Part shown: positions 26,301-38,830 of the stretch, piece after piece
How the letters are laid out: each line of letters begins with the position of its first letter
How positions within the stretch are numbered: position 1 is the first letter of the stretch
Assembly (NCBI RefSeq): GCF_902713615.1
Contig: NC_052151.1
Location: 220,498,863 to 220,562,862, forward strand
DNA from: Scyliorhinus canicula
Taxonomy: Eukaryota
Direction: 5' to 3'
Length of the DNA: 64,000 nt
Position numbers and translations under genes: made by a program
The notes under the pieces: model-generated
The model's input: only the letters and a program-made list of their open reading frames with translations
Told to the model about the DNA's origin: nothing
Database searches by the model: none

Positions 26301-27580
26301 ATAAACTTTCCTCTCACAACCGTCTTCAACTCCTCGCATACCGTCGCTGCCGAATCTTCCCCCATATTTTTTATCTCCACATACCTCCGAATCGCTTCCC
26401 TCACCTGCACACACACCTCTTCCTTCGTTAATAGTCCTATATCGAACCTCCTGTGCGGGCGCTGCCTCACCACCTTCCTCGCCAGTGTGGGACATGATCC
26501 AACAGTACTATCGCCGACTACTCAACGTCCGCCACCCCCGCCATCAACGTCCTATCCGTAACGAAAAAGTCAATTCGGGGGTAACCTTTGTGTACATGGG
26601 AAAATGAGTAATCTTTCGCTCTTGGCCACACAGACCTCCACGGATCCACCCGTCCCTGTGTTGCACAAACCCCTTTAGTTTCTTTTCAGCCGCTGACAAT
26701 CCTCGAACTCGACTGATTCTGCCTTGAATCTAGAACCGTATTGAAGTCCCCCGCCCACCCCTAAGATCAACCGATGCAAGTCCAGATTAAGGATCTTCCC
26801 CAATACATGTCCCAGTTTGGAGCACAGATGTTCACCAGTACCGGCGGCATCTCCTCCAACCTCCCAACCAACATACGGTATCTGCACCCCGAGCCGCCAC
26901 TATACTTCCCACTTCAAAGACCACCTGCATATGAATCAGAATCGTCACCCCTCTTGCTTTGGAGTCTAGTCCTGAGTGGAATACCTGCCGTACTCACCCC
27001 TTCATCAGGCTCGTCTGATCTACCATCTTTATGCGTGTCTCCTGTTTCAATGCCACATCCGGCTTTAAGCTTTTCAAATGTGCGAATAGACTTCTTGACT
27101 TGCCCACTCAACTCTCTCAACTTCCATGTGATAAGCCTGATCGTGCCCCCCGCCCTCCCCCCGCCGATCAACTGTAAACGTTCCTGGGCCAGATTCCAGC
27201 CCGTGTCCAAGGTCGATCCCCACCTTTATCAGGTCGCCGACCTGGCTACGTCCTCCAAGTTATCATTCCACTGTTCGGCAAATGTCTCTTGGTGGAAGCC
27301 TACTAGATGATCCGTCGATCACTGGGTGGGCAATGTCTGTCCCTGCCCTCCGCAGTTTTCCTCTATGTCACAGGCACAACATCATCCTTCGAACAATGTT
27401 ATCTCCTTTTTCGACTACTTCTGGTCCACGAATCGATACACCGGTGACATACTCACTTCTTCCACCCCTCCTGTTCCTTTTCTAGTCTCTCTGCTCCGCC
27501 GTTAACCGGAGAAAACATCCACCATGAGCGAGAGTCACAAAATGTGCGGCCACTCACATATGGCCGCCACCGGAAGTCCA
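23305..27580 (-). mobile_element. L1-clade LINE: 5' end, short ORF1 remnant, decayed ORF2 and 3' tail
   Basis: Minus frames: TIRLITWKLRELSGQVKK (APE start), KAPESEGYPV, HTGFVKGRHL, MWDVLGQFGFG; T-run at ~23305; 5' end reads gacttccggtggcggccat on the minus strand. Confidence 0.88.
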
Positions 27581-28954
27581 GTCTTCGCCTCATCACCTAC
27601 TTCTGTCTTCATCACTTTCTGTGATATTATTAAACACACTTTAGCTCACTCAAATTCTCTGTTCAATCTTTACCAAACCTTTGACACATAGTCCAAGAGA
27701 ACGGTATCTGAATTCTGACTACCATTTGCTCAATTATTTTGCGTGGTCCTCTCACTTCATGACCATTTACTAATTCAAAAGGATTAAATTGTTGACTGCC
27801 GGTGATATGCTGAAGATTTAAATTGATTCATCACTGGGCACTTTATAAACTCCCGAAAAATATGTGGCATAAACTGTCAAACCAGCTGCGGCACTAATAT
27901 CCTCTCATGTTCATTCCGTCTCATATTTGAAGTGGCTTTGACCTCTGGACCAACTAATGCTGAGCTGCTTTATATAATGCTGCCCCCCCCCCACCACCCC
28001 AGCAGTTTTGAGCCTTATTTCAACCACATGGGTTAAAGCCACTGAAAGAATTGAATCTTGAAATTTGACCGAAGTCTTGAAAGTCACCATTATATTGTTT
28101 TCTCTTATTCACCTTTCAAATTAATTGATTGACTCTCTCATTCTCCATATACGTCGGTTAAGGCTGTTTTTACACATTCGCTAAGTGGATTAAACACGCT
28201 GAATTGCGCTTTGATTGGAAAAAATGAATTGGGTGCTCAAATTTCAAATAAAAAATAAAGAAATATTCTTTCCACTGCTCTTCACTCAAAATTTGTAAGA
28301 ACTTTCTCAAATTTTAAAAATTTGGGTTTTGATAAGAAAATACTCCTTCTTTACCTTCTGCCGTGTCTTCCTTTTATTGACGAATTTTTATTATAACCCA
28401 CAATCACTGGTATTCTTTCCAATTTCAGACGTTGTGCTGTGCATTCATTTAATTCCATGCAGGTAATTCTAACTACAATTATTCAGCAAATTCTAATGAA
28501 TTAGATTTAGTCACCATTTATAAACCGTGCAATGTTATATTGTTACTCCCAGACACATCTCAGCAATTTTCAAATCCTTTTTTGGCACCAACTTTAAACC
28601 TCACAATTCTACACTACCGTTTAGTATTGCTCTCCACCTCGATTCCCGCAGTCGGCAAGGCAGCCAAACAGCTGCTCACTCTGCTAACAGCCCACCTAGT
28701 GACATGTATCGTATTGATGTCAGCCCACGGAACGCCCCTGGGCGCCCTTTGGTCCCAGACAATCCATCATCTGCATCGGCTGCTCCAACATATAATGTGC
28801 CACCTTTTTAGCTGGGATAAGTGTGTGTAAGTAGTGTAGTGTGTATGCGAGGCTGCAGCATGTCAGCCACCCGAGTATCGATCACAGACCCGCGAATCTC
28901 GTTCCATTTAGAGTGGTATCGAGTCCACGGATTTTCCATTGGCAGCAACACTTG

Positions 28955-29585
28955 GGACTCATTCTCCGATTTTCAGGTGATGTCCAGATGAAGTATCTAG
29001 TTTGAGGATAAAAAAGACGGCGCTGTCCCAGCACCAATGCTCCACCTCGTGGGGGACTAGCTGCCACTCCACGGGAAAATCCCAGTGTTCCTGTCAGAAA
29101 CAGCTGGAGAATTGCAGGGTTTGTGGACGTGCATCCGCACGGAGATGATCTGCGGTAATCCGTTCGACATGGCGCCGGCCGCATGCGGACCCGGCTTGCC
29201 AGGTAATGTCCCCTGTAACCGCCCTCATGACCCCCTGAACACCACACCACCCAACTCGTCAGAGCGCTTCGAACCCCCCCCCCCCCCCCCCCCACCCTCG
29301 GTGTGCAAAACGCCCCCCCCCCAACCCGACTGATACTGCTCTGCGCACAGTCCGCAGCCGCCACCGAAGGCCGATGAAAACTCAGAGCACAAATGATCCA
29401 AGCCGTTGGAAAGTCAGCCCGGGAAAGTCGGGAACGGAACATCAGGTGAGGGCTTCAGGTGACCTTCTGAATCTGTGGCAACGGCATGCAGCGTACTTAC
29501 TGATGACGTCATTTTGTTGGGGCGGAGCATCTGAAAACCGGTACCGCCCACGATTTCGGCGCTAAAAGGGATTCTCCGCCTGATC
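28955..29585. mobile_element. GC-rich non-autonomous interspersed repeat (MITE-like)
   Basis: attctccg motifs near both ends, internal C-runs, no credible ORF; family assignment from recollection only. Confidence 0.4.
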
Positions 29586-31547
29586 GCCCAATACGATATG
29601 GTGGGGGTTTGGACAGTTGAAATTGGTGGTAGGGATTTGGATAGGGCAGCAAAGTTTCAATGAGTTGAACGTTACAGAGGTCGAGGTCTGTGGTGAAAGC
29701 GTTCTAAATGTATTTGTTCTATGATAGTTTTACCGAAATCATAGCCGCCATTTCCATGTGGAACGATGGAAATCCGACTGAAGGGATTCAAACATTCGAT
29801 ACTCCAGACATTGCGATCCACTTTTCTCGCAGGGAACTCACCAGCACCTTCTGAAAGGCAACCACGATGGACAATTAATGCTGGTCGAAACAGCGACGCG
29901 CACATCCTGTAAATTAATGATGCAATATCCGCAAATTGCGATTAACGAGTCTATCGAACAGTTTGAAAGAAGGATGAGCAGTTTCAGATTGAGGACCTGC
30001 TTGACTTGGAGGACAATGTATACTGGCGTGCTCACATGTTGGTTGAAGGGGAGAGGGTGTGAGTTAGGCCAAGAGCAGCATCGTGCAGTTGAATTGAGGA
30101 TAATCGGAACATCAAGTCTCATCTGAAAGTGTTCCAAAATCGTCTTGATCAATACATAAGATTTAATTTATTGAGTTAATGATAACCCATTCTGTAGTGC
30201 CATGGGACAGAAATTTGAGTGAAGTTATGCCAGCACCCAGTTACAGGAAAGTGGGCACAGATGTTGGAGCCTTTAACAATATCAGGTCAAATGGGCTCTC
30301 AGAGGGTTTCCGGCAAGTTTTATAAGATCAAGGTCTTTATTATGTTTCTTGGTAAATGTGAGAATCTGAGAGCCAAAGAAATGGAGATAAGGCAACACCG
30401 TAAATTACCTTTTCCCATCCAGCCCGACAAGGCACATTTGCCATCTGCTGCTGTCCAGGTTCGGATGGTTGCTTCAGCAGTCACCTCTGTCCAGATTAAT
30501 ATTCACTGCTCTTTGTCGTGTTTTAGGGACGTCCTTCACTTCATTAGGAACATTCAGCAGTTCAACTCCAAATGTTACAACACATCTCGCAGCTCAACTA
30601 ACCCTCAAGTTCACGCATTATGCCTCTTTTACACAGCATCTTACGGAAATGCCATAGACTAACAAAATACATCCCATACGGCCGCTCATCCTGTCCAGCA
30701 CATTATGACCGCCGAAACAGCGATATTTATCACATCCCCACAATGCAGCTCGTTTTCGAACTCCCATAGTATGCAGAATATCAAACATTTCGAACCAGGA
30801 GACGATGGAGTGCTGGGATACGCTTTCTGAAATGGTGGCCTAGAATGAATTCTGCGTCGCATGTTCAGGTACACTTGAAGTTTTGCATACCAAGAGCTGG
30901 AACAGAGGAATTAGCCCAGCAAACTCTTCTCTGCCAGTGCAAAAAAAGTTGGGGAAAATGGGTTCCTTACAGTTGTTGGCCTCGTTGCTGATTGTTGTTC
31001 TCGACCGAGTGCTGCAGACTTGCACATTCCAAAAAAAACGATAATGTGCTGAGGGACGTGCTAAAGCTTGGGGCAACCACCGCAGAGTCACAATGGGAAG
31101 CCAGGCTGCTTCAGTTCTTTAACTAAAATAAAACCTTATGACGGGAATCATATATATTCCTTCTGACCGTATGGCTCACATTGAATTGACGCATTTAAAT
31201 TCATATGCATCACAATTGTATTGAAGCACTTTAAAGGGCAACACGATCGATGGAGGCAAATTAGGTGTCATCGCACTTTACGTAATGAACAGTTTCAAAT
31301 TTCTTATTTTCCTTTTATGATCCAACGAGATGTCAGAGTGCAACATAATATATGGAGAACGCAGAAATGTCTTGAACATTCACCAATGTCTTTTGAAATG
31401 CCTCGGACAGAAAGATGATGTACTGTTCAATGTCCAATCCAATTGGTCCTGAGCCATCAGTGCAGTGAAGTTTCGATCAGGCATGGACCCCGATCCAGAA
31501 AGGCAAGAATATAAATATTCATCCACACTTCCATACACCTCAATAGA

Positions 31548-34500
31548 TACATAGATTGGAGCAGGAGGAGGCTTTTTGGCCCTTCGAGCCTGCTCCACCA
31601 TTCATCATGAACATGGCTGATCATCCAAGTTAATAGCCTAATCATGCATTCTCCACATAGCCTTTGATCCCATTCTGCCCAAGTGCTATATCCAGCCGCC
31701 TCTTGAATATCTTCAACGTTTTAGCATCAACTACGTCCTGTGGAAATGAATTCCACAGGCTCACCACTCTTTGTGTGAAGACGTGTCTCCTTATCTGTGT
31801 CCGAAATGGTTTACCCTGAATCCTCAGGCTATCATTGGTAACATCCTCAGGCTGTCATTCGTAACATCTTCTCTGCATCCACCCTGCCTCGTCCTGTTAG
31901 AACTTTATAAGTCTCTATGAGATCCCCGTCATTCTTCTGAACTCCAGCGAGAATAGTCCCAACCTTGTCAACACCTCATATGACAGTCCCGCCATCCCTC
32001 GAAAAGTGTGGTAAACCTTCGCTGCTTTCCCTGGAGAGCAAGAACATCCTTCCTCAGAGAAGGAGACCAAAATGCGCACAATACTCCGTGTGGCCTCACC
32101 AAGGCACTGTAAATTGCAGCAACACACCCCTGCTTCCATACTCGAAATCCTTTGCAATGAAGGCCAACATACCATTCGCATTCATTACCTCCTGCTGAAC
32201 TTGCATTCTTACCTTCAGCGAATGGTACACAAGGACACCCAGCTCCCGCTGCACACTCCCCTATCCCAATTTACAACCATTCAGATAATAATCTGCCTTC
32301 CTGTTTTGCTTCCAAAATGAATAACCTCACGCTTACCCAAATTAAACTGCATCTGCCATTGGGTTGCCCACTCACCAATCTGTCCAGATCTTGCTGTAGG
32401 ATCCCTGCATCCTCGTCACAATTCACCCTGCCACCTAATTTAGTATCATCTGCAAACATTGAGATGTTACCTTTTGTTCCCTCATCCAAATCATTAATAT
32501 ATATTGTGAATAGCTGGTGTACCAGCACCGATCCTTGTGGTACCCCACTGGGTATTGCCTGCCAAATTGAAAAGAAACCATTAATCCCTACTCTTTGTTT
32601 CCTCTCTGCAAACCAGTTTTCTATCCACCTCAATACATTTCCCCCAATCCCATGCACTTTAATTTGGCACAATAATCTCTTTTGCGGGACCTTGGCAAAC
32701 GCCTTCTGAATGTCCAAATGTACCACATCGACTGGATCCCCTTGTCGACTGTACTGGTTACCTTTTCAAAAAATTCCAACAGATTTGTCAAGCATCATTT
32801 TCCCTTCATAAATCCATGTTGACTCTGACTAATCCTGCCACTGCTTTCTGAATGTTCCGCTATAGATTCCTTGATAATGGGTTCAAGCATTTTCCCCACT
32901 ACCGATGTTAGGCTTACTGGTCAATAATTCCCTGCTTTCTCTCTACCTCCCTTTTGGAATATCCGAGTGATGTGAGCTACCCTCCAATCTGCAGGTACAA
33001 TTCCAGAGTCAATAGAATCCCGGAAGATGACCACCAATGCATCCACTATTTCCAGAGCCACCTCCTTAAGCACTCTGGGGTTTGTCAGGCGGCGTGGATT
33101 TATCCGCCTGCAATCTAGTCAGTTTTCAAGCACCATTTCTCTACTAATATTAATCTCCCTCAGTTCTTCCCTCTCACTAAACCATTCAATCTCCAAAATT
33201 TCTGGGATCTGATCTGTGTCCTAGGAAGACAGAACAAAAGCATGTAATTAATTGCTCAGCCATTTCTTTGACCCTTATTCTGCAATCCCCTGTTTCTGTC
33301 TGCAGTTGGCCTACATTTCTCTTTCTATTCACATATCTGTAGAAACTCTTAGCGTCAGTCTTTATGTTCCCTGCAAGCTTCCTTTCGTACTGTACTTTTC
33401 CCTTCTAAATCAATCCCTTCTTTGCTGAATTCTAAACTGCTCCCAATCCTCAGAACTATTACATTTCTTGGCCAATCTGTATGCTTCTTCCTTGGATCGG
33501 ATAGTATTTCTAATTTCCATTGTAAACCATGGATTGGCCCTCTTACCCCCTTTGCTTTGGTGCCTGACAGGATTGAACAGTTGCTGTAGTTCGTCCATGC
33601 GTTCCCTGAATGTTTACCATTGTCTATTCACTGTGATCCCTTAAAGAAACTCTCCCCAATCTCTCAAGGCAAACTCACGCCTCATATCCTCATAGTTCCC
33701 TTTATCAAGATTCAGTACCCTAGTCTCCGAATCAACTACTTCACTCTCCAACTTGATAAAAAAATATTATCTTGTGATGGTCGCTCATCCACAAGGGGTC
33801 TCGTGCAGAAGACTGACAATAATTCCCTTCTCATTACACAGTACCCAGTCTAAGAGGGCGTGCTCTCTAGATGGTTCATCCACGTATTGGTAAAGAAAAC
33901 TATCCCGTAAACACTCCAGGAAATCCTCATCTACGGCATTTTGACGAAATTGATTTGCCCAATCTATGTGAAGATCAAAATCACCCTTGATCACCGATAT
34001 TCCCTCATTACATGAGTCACTAATTTCTTGTTTAATACTTTTCCCAAACTCACCAGTGCAGTTTGGGGGTCTATATATGACACCGACTAATGATTTTTGT
34101 CCCTTGGTATTTCTCAACTCCACCCATACTGATTAAACATTGTCAGAGCTAATATCCCTTCTCACTATTCTGTTATGTTCCTCTTTAACCAGCAGTGTCA
34201 CGCCACCACCTTTCTTTTTGTCTGTCCTTCCTAAATGCTGAGAACTCTGGGACATTCAGTTCCCATCCCCGTTCACCCTTCAGCAATGTCTCCGTAATCC
34301 CAATTATATCACATTTATTTCTATCTGCACGATTAGTTCATCACTTTATTGCAAAGGCTCCGTGCATTAAAGTACAGAGCCTTTAAGTTCGCCTTTTTCA
34401 CAATGCTTGTCTTGCTCCCAACAATTTTCTTTACTGCCCTGTTTGAATTTTGTCCTTGGTTACTCCACCTATCAATGTTCTTATTTCTTTTCTACTTTTT

Positions 34501-36176
34501 GCTTTTGTCTTGCTCCCTCGATCTCTGACTCCTTGCGTAGGTTCCCGCCCCCCTGGCACTTTAGTTTAAACGCACCCCAACCGCTTCCCCCTCGGACATC
34601 AGTTCCAGCCCTGCCCAGGTGTAACCCGTCCGGTTTGTATAGGTACCACCTCCCGTAGAACCGGTCCCAACGCCCCAGGATCTGAAAACCTCCCGCTGAC
34701 ACCATCTCTTCAGCCACGTATTCATCCTATATATCCTGTCATTTCTCTCTGACTAGCACGTGGCACCGGTCGCAATCCTGAGATCACTACCTTTGAGGTG
34801 CCATTTCTTAACTTCCTTCCTAGCTCCCATAATTCTGCCTTTAGGACCTCATCACTTTTTTTTTTTACCTATGTCGTTTGTACCGATGTGTACCACGACC
34901 ATTGGCTGTTCATCCTCGCCTTCTTGAATGTCATGTTACCCGCTCCGATACATCCTTGAGCCGAGCACCAGGGAGGCAACATACCATCCTGGAGTCACAT
35001 TTACGACCAGAGAAACGCCTGTCTATTCCCCTTACAATTGAATCCACTGTAATTATTGCACTGTCCTATGTATTTTCCCTGCCCTCTGCAGCAGAACCAA
35101 CCGTGGGTCCACTGGACTGACTGTTGCTGTTTTCCTCTGAGAGGTCATCCCCCTCAACAGTATCTAAAGCGGGTTATCTGTTCTGCAGTGGAATGGCCAC
35201 AGGAGATTCACGTACTACCTGCCTCGCAACTTGCTCTGTCTGGTGGTCACCCATTCCCTTCCTGCCTGCGGAGTCTGAGCCTGCTGTGTGACCACATCTC
35301 TATACGTGCTATCCACGATACTCTCTGACTCGCGGATGCTCCACAGTGTCTCCTGCCGCCGCTCCAGCTCTTAAATTCGATCTTCCAAAAGCTTTAACTG
35401 GAGACACTTCCTGCACAAATGCTGACCCTGAGGACTGGAACTGGCCCCAGCTTGCCAAATGGAGCAAGAGGAGCAGACCACGCCTCGGAGCTGTCCTGCC
35501 ATGATTTAATCCTTTAAATTAAACCTTTGAAAGTAAACTTTCGAAATATGTTTTGTGTCAGATTAAATCCAATCCCCGTATGCTATTTAATTAGATTATT
35601 TTTTACTGTGTACATATCCCTCTTGATCTGACAATCAATTAAAATAATAAATTAAATCAATCCAAAATAGTTATTTAAGTCAAATTTCAAAAAATGAATT
35701 AAAAAATAGTAATTCAAATCAACTTAAAAATAGTAATCTAAGTCAATACAAAGCTAGTATTTATATCTGTAACTCCACAGATGTTCAAATTTAGCCCAGT
35801 CTGCCTTTCAGCCAATCAGATTGCAGTTTCGTGTGACGTCACAATACCGTTTTTAAAAATCAGTTTTGAACAAACAGCTGTCTGTCCCGACAGCGCTCTT
35901 CATTGAATTCTCGCCCCTGATTCTCCGCGCTCTTCATTGACTTCTCGCCCCTGTCTCTCCGCGCTCTTCATTTAATTCGCGCCCCGTCTCTCCGCGCTCT
36001 TCACTGAATTCTCGCCCCGTCTCTCCGCCCTCTTCATTGACGTCTCGCCCCTGTCTTTCCGCGCTCTTTATTGAAGTCTCGCCCTCTCTCTCTGAACTCT
36101 TTATTGAAGCCTCGCCCCCTCTCCACGCTCTTTACTGAAGTCTCGCCCTCTCTCTCTCCGCGCTCTTTACTGAAGT
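31548..36176 (-). mobile_element. Near-full-span CR1 LINE with internal deletions (5'UTR, ORF1 esterase, APE, RT, 3'UTR)
   Basis: Minus ORFs: LYKPDGLHL (SGNH-type ORF1), GVIYRPPN..GDFDLHIDW (APE), SGVPQGSVL..MFADDTKLG (RT); absent at the paralogous site ~2280, whose flanks rejoin. Confidence 0.9.
35891..36176. repeat. Minisatellite, ~8.5 copies of a ~33-34 bp unit (ccgcgctcttcattgaattctcgcccctgtctct)
   Basis: Units read directly starting at 35891, 35925, 35959, 35992, 36025, 36059, 36094, 36123, 36158. Confidence 0.92.
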
Positions 36177-37381
36177 GATCCAGCTTCTAGATTTTCCATT
36201 TATCCTTCAAACCTTTTCCAACCCCTACAATCTCCATTTGTAAGTAACTATCTTCAACCCCTTTAACATATTGCCCGAACGTTTTCAGTCCCTGAAACCG
36301 CACCCATCTAGGTGACGTCCTCAAACCCGTACAAATCTCAGTATCTGTTTAACACGGCCAGCCGCTTATTGTCTCGTCATCTCTGGAACTCTGTCCAATC
36401 CTTCAACCCTGGAAATATGTGCGTCCTTCTCCGTCCTCAACATCCGTCCATCCTGGGGAGAAATGCCGAATGAGAGATTCAGAAAATACAGCGTAATGGA
36501 AGATCATTTGAACCATCATGTCAGCACCGGCTCCAGAATGCGCCTTTCAACCAGTTATTTCCTACCTTCGCCCATAATTGTTAATTAATTAATGCTTTCC
36601 CTTCATCCCTCTCCCCAATGCTGATAGCAAATATCCTCCTCCATATACCTCACCCACGTTACCATTTACCCATTGAGCCCTCCTTCATTGAAACTGACCA
36701 ATTCCCCTTTACGGATTACTACTTTCCCCATCTAAATGTAGAGAAACCACAAAGTGCGTCATTGCAGAGGGATCTGGGTGTCGTCATACATGAGTCTCCG
36801 AAGTAGTGCGCAGGTAATTATGAGGCGCATGGAATTGGCCTTTACAGCTAAAGGGATGGAGTATAAAGTAGGGTCGTGTTTCTGGAAATGTACAATGCAT
36901 TTGTGAAACCCCACCTGTAGAAATATGTACAGTTTTGGTACCCTTATTTGAGGAGAGATGTAGTTGCGTCAGAGGAGCAGTTCAGAGGAGATTTTCTTGT
37001 GAAGAGAGATTGAGCAGGTGAGCCGATACTCTGTTCAGTTTAGAGGAATGCGTAGAGGTATAATTGAGGTGTATAAGATTATAAATAATAAATTCGAGTG
37101 GAACTGATACTTCCTCATTTGGGACAGTCTAGAATGCCAGGTCATAGTTTTTGGATAAGGGGTTCACTACAAACAGTGCATGCCGGAAATTTGATTACAT
37201 TTAAGGGGGAGATAGACTGATTTTTAATCAGTATTGGGTTCACGGGTTATGTAGAATGGGCTGGAACGTTGAGTTAAGACAGAACGAAGATCAGCCACAA
37301 TCACATTGAATGACGGAGGGGGTTCGAAGGGTTGAATTGACTCCTCCTCCTGGTACAAGTTCTTATGTTCTTTATCTCTTC

Positions 37382-37389
37382 ATTTGCAT
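37382..37389 (+). promoter_or_regulatory. Perfect octamer ATTTGCAT upstream of the V at 37533
   Basis: Ends 144 nt upstream of the ATG, in the orientation typical of IgL promoters; function not shown. Confidence 0.45.
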
Positions 37390-37532
37390 CATGCCCCACG
37401 ATTTGCTGGCCGTTCACTACGTTGAATTGGTCACACCTCCTGCCATGCCCTTTAATAGTGACATTTCCTTGTAGTCTTTTCGGTGACACAGTGTCTAACG
37501 TCCTGGGAAGGACAATAACACTCTCAGCCAAA

Positions 37533-38189
37533 ATGTTTTACATCTTACTCACCTTGTCGTTGGCACATTGGCATTGCTGTAAGTGTTGTACTTGATAGTC
37601 AAGACAAATAGGCTAGCTTCCTCGTGCTGCTCTGTTTGTGTTGCTGTGATAAAAAGCAGGGAAGCGTTATAATTGTGAAATGGGTATTTGTGCCATTGAA
37701 GTATATAAAACGATCAAATATTCGTCCAATACCATTTGAAAATTAACTGCTATGACCGAGAGCAGGGTCACGTGATATTAAATCGCTTCGTTAAAGATCT
37801 GACAATGATACTAATGGCTGTGAGACCCTATATATTTTACGCTTTCGCATGTGTTGTCGCATTCTAACTATTTTCCTTCTTGAAATCTACCTTAGTGGTT
37901 CGGGCTGCGCCGACAGTTGTCCAGTCCGTTGCGGCCGCTATTCGAACGCAGCAGCCCTTCACTCTTGACTGCAGTTTGAAAGGTGGTAGCATGGGCAGCT
38001 ACACGATGCACTGGTACAGGCAAGAAGGGAAGGCCATTGACTGGGTCTGCAATGAACATGGCAGCTGTGATCCTCTTTTCGATGGTCGGTTCACAGTGCA
38101 GCTGCAGTCTGCAAACAACCGCTTCACTCTGCAGCTAACTGAACTCCACCCAAACGACTCAGGAACTTACTACTGTGCTGCTAGTGTGG
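37533..38189 (+). CDS. Rearranging antigen-receptor V segment, TRDV2-like/Ig-like rather than typical TRBV; apparently functional
   Basis: Leader 37533-37578 (MFYILLTLSLAHWHC), phase-1 intron 37579-37895, V exon 37896-38189: VRAAPTVVQSVAAAIRTQQPFTLDCSLKGGSMGSYTMHWYRQEGKAIDWVCNEHGSCDPLFDGRFTVQLQSANNRFTLQLTELHPNDSGTYYCAASV. Confidence 0.88.
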
Positions 38190-38228
38190 CACAGCGACGC
38201 AAACCTCCCGCAGTGTCATACGAAAACC
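38190..38228 (+). other. 23-RSS
   Basis: CACAGCG + 23 nt + ACGAAAACC. Confidence 0.9.
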
Positions 38229-38479
38229 TCATCATGTGCATCCAATCCAACTTGTGATGAGCCAGTCCAGAAAGTTCGGCAATCGATTGAACAAATCTTT
38301 ATTTCTCTATTCACCCTTAAGTTTACATTACATGTCAACATTTTTAGTAATTAGTTGCCCATGGTTTCAACTCGTCAGTCCTGCACTTAAATTGATGTGG
38401 TGATTGTCGGCTTGCGCTGGGCGGTGAGGGGGAGGAAGAGAATAAACCATAGTTTCCATCCCGGCATTATCAGATCAAG

Positions 38480-38830
38480 CCCATCACAGCTATTGCCCCA
38501 TTCATCCCGTAAGTCCTGCAAATGCATTTCCCATAAAGCAGTCATCCAATTCATGAAAAAATAATCAATTGCCCGAACAGTCATCTCCCTCATTGTCCTT
38601 GAGTTCCAGGTAGTTATTACATACCGCATAAATAATTTTTCCCTCAGACCCTCCCTGCAGCTGTCACAGGAAACAAATACGTTCGCTATCGTCCATCCAA
38701 CATAAACACACACTCACACTATTTAATATGCCCCTTCTCCAAGCCTGCTATCATATCGTCTGTCTACATCAAATCTCTTCTGAATCGCATTCAAATTGAT
38801 GGAATAATCCTCATTTCACCAAACAAATCT
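38480..38830 (-). mobile_element. Degenerate CR1 3' fragment
   Basis: Reverse-strand CR1 C-terminal wording (minus ORF LFMRYVITTWNS..VRA...MN.M). Confidence 0.5.

Noticed and set aside
26774-27310. 178-aa plus-strand ORF
   Set aside because: Antisense shadow of the L1 endonuclease region
35891-36176. Regular ~34 bp repeats suggestive of a CRISPR array
   Set aside because: No unique spacers, head-to-tail degenerate units, vertebrate context, no cas genes
37487-37520. Perfect CACAGTG upstream of the 37533 leader
   Set aside because: The only nonamer-like sequence (acaataaca) is 18 nt away; not a 12/23 RSS
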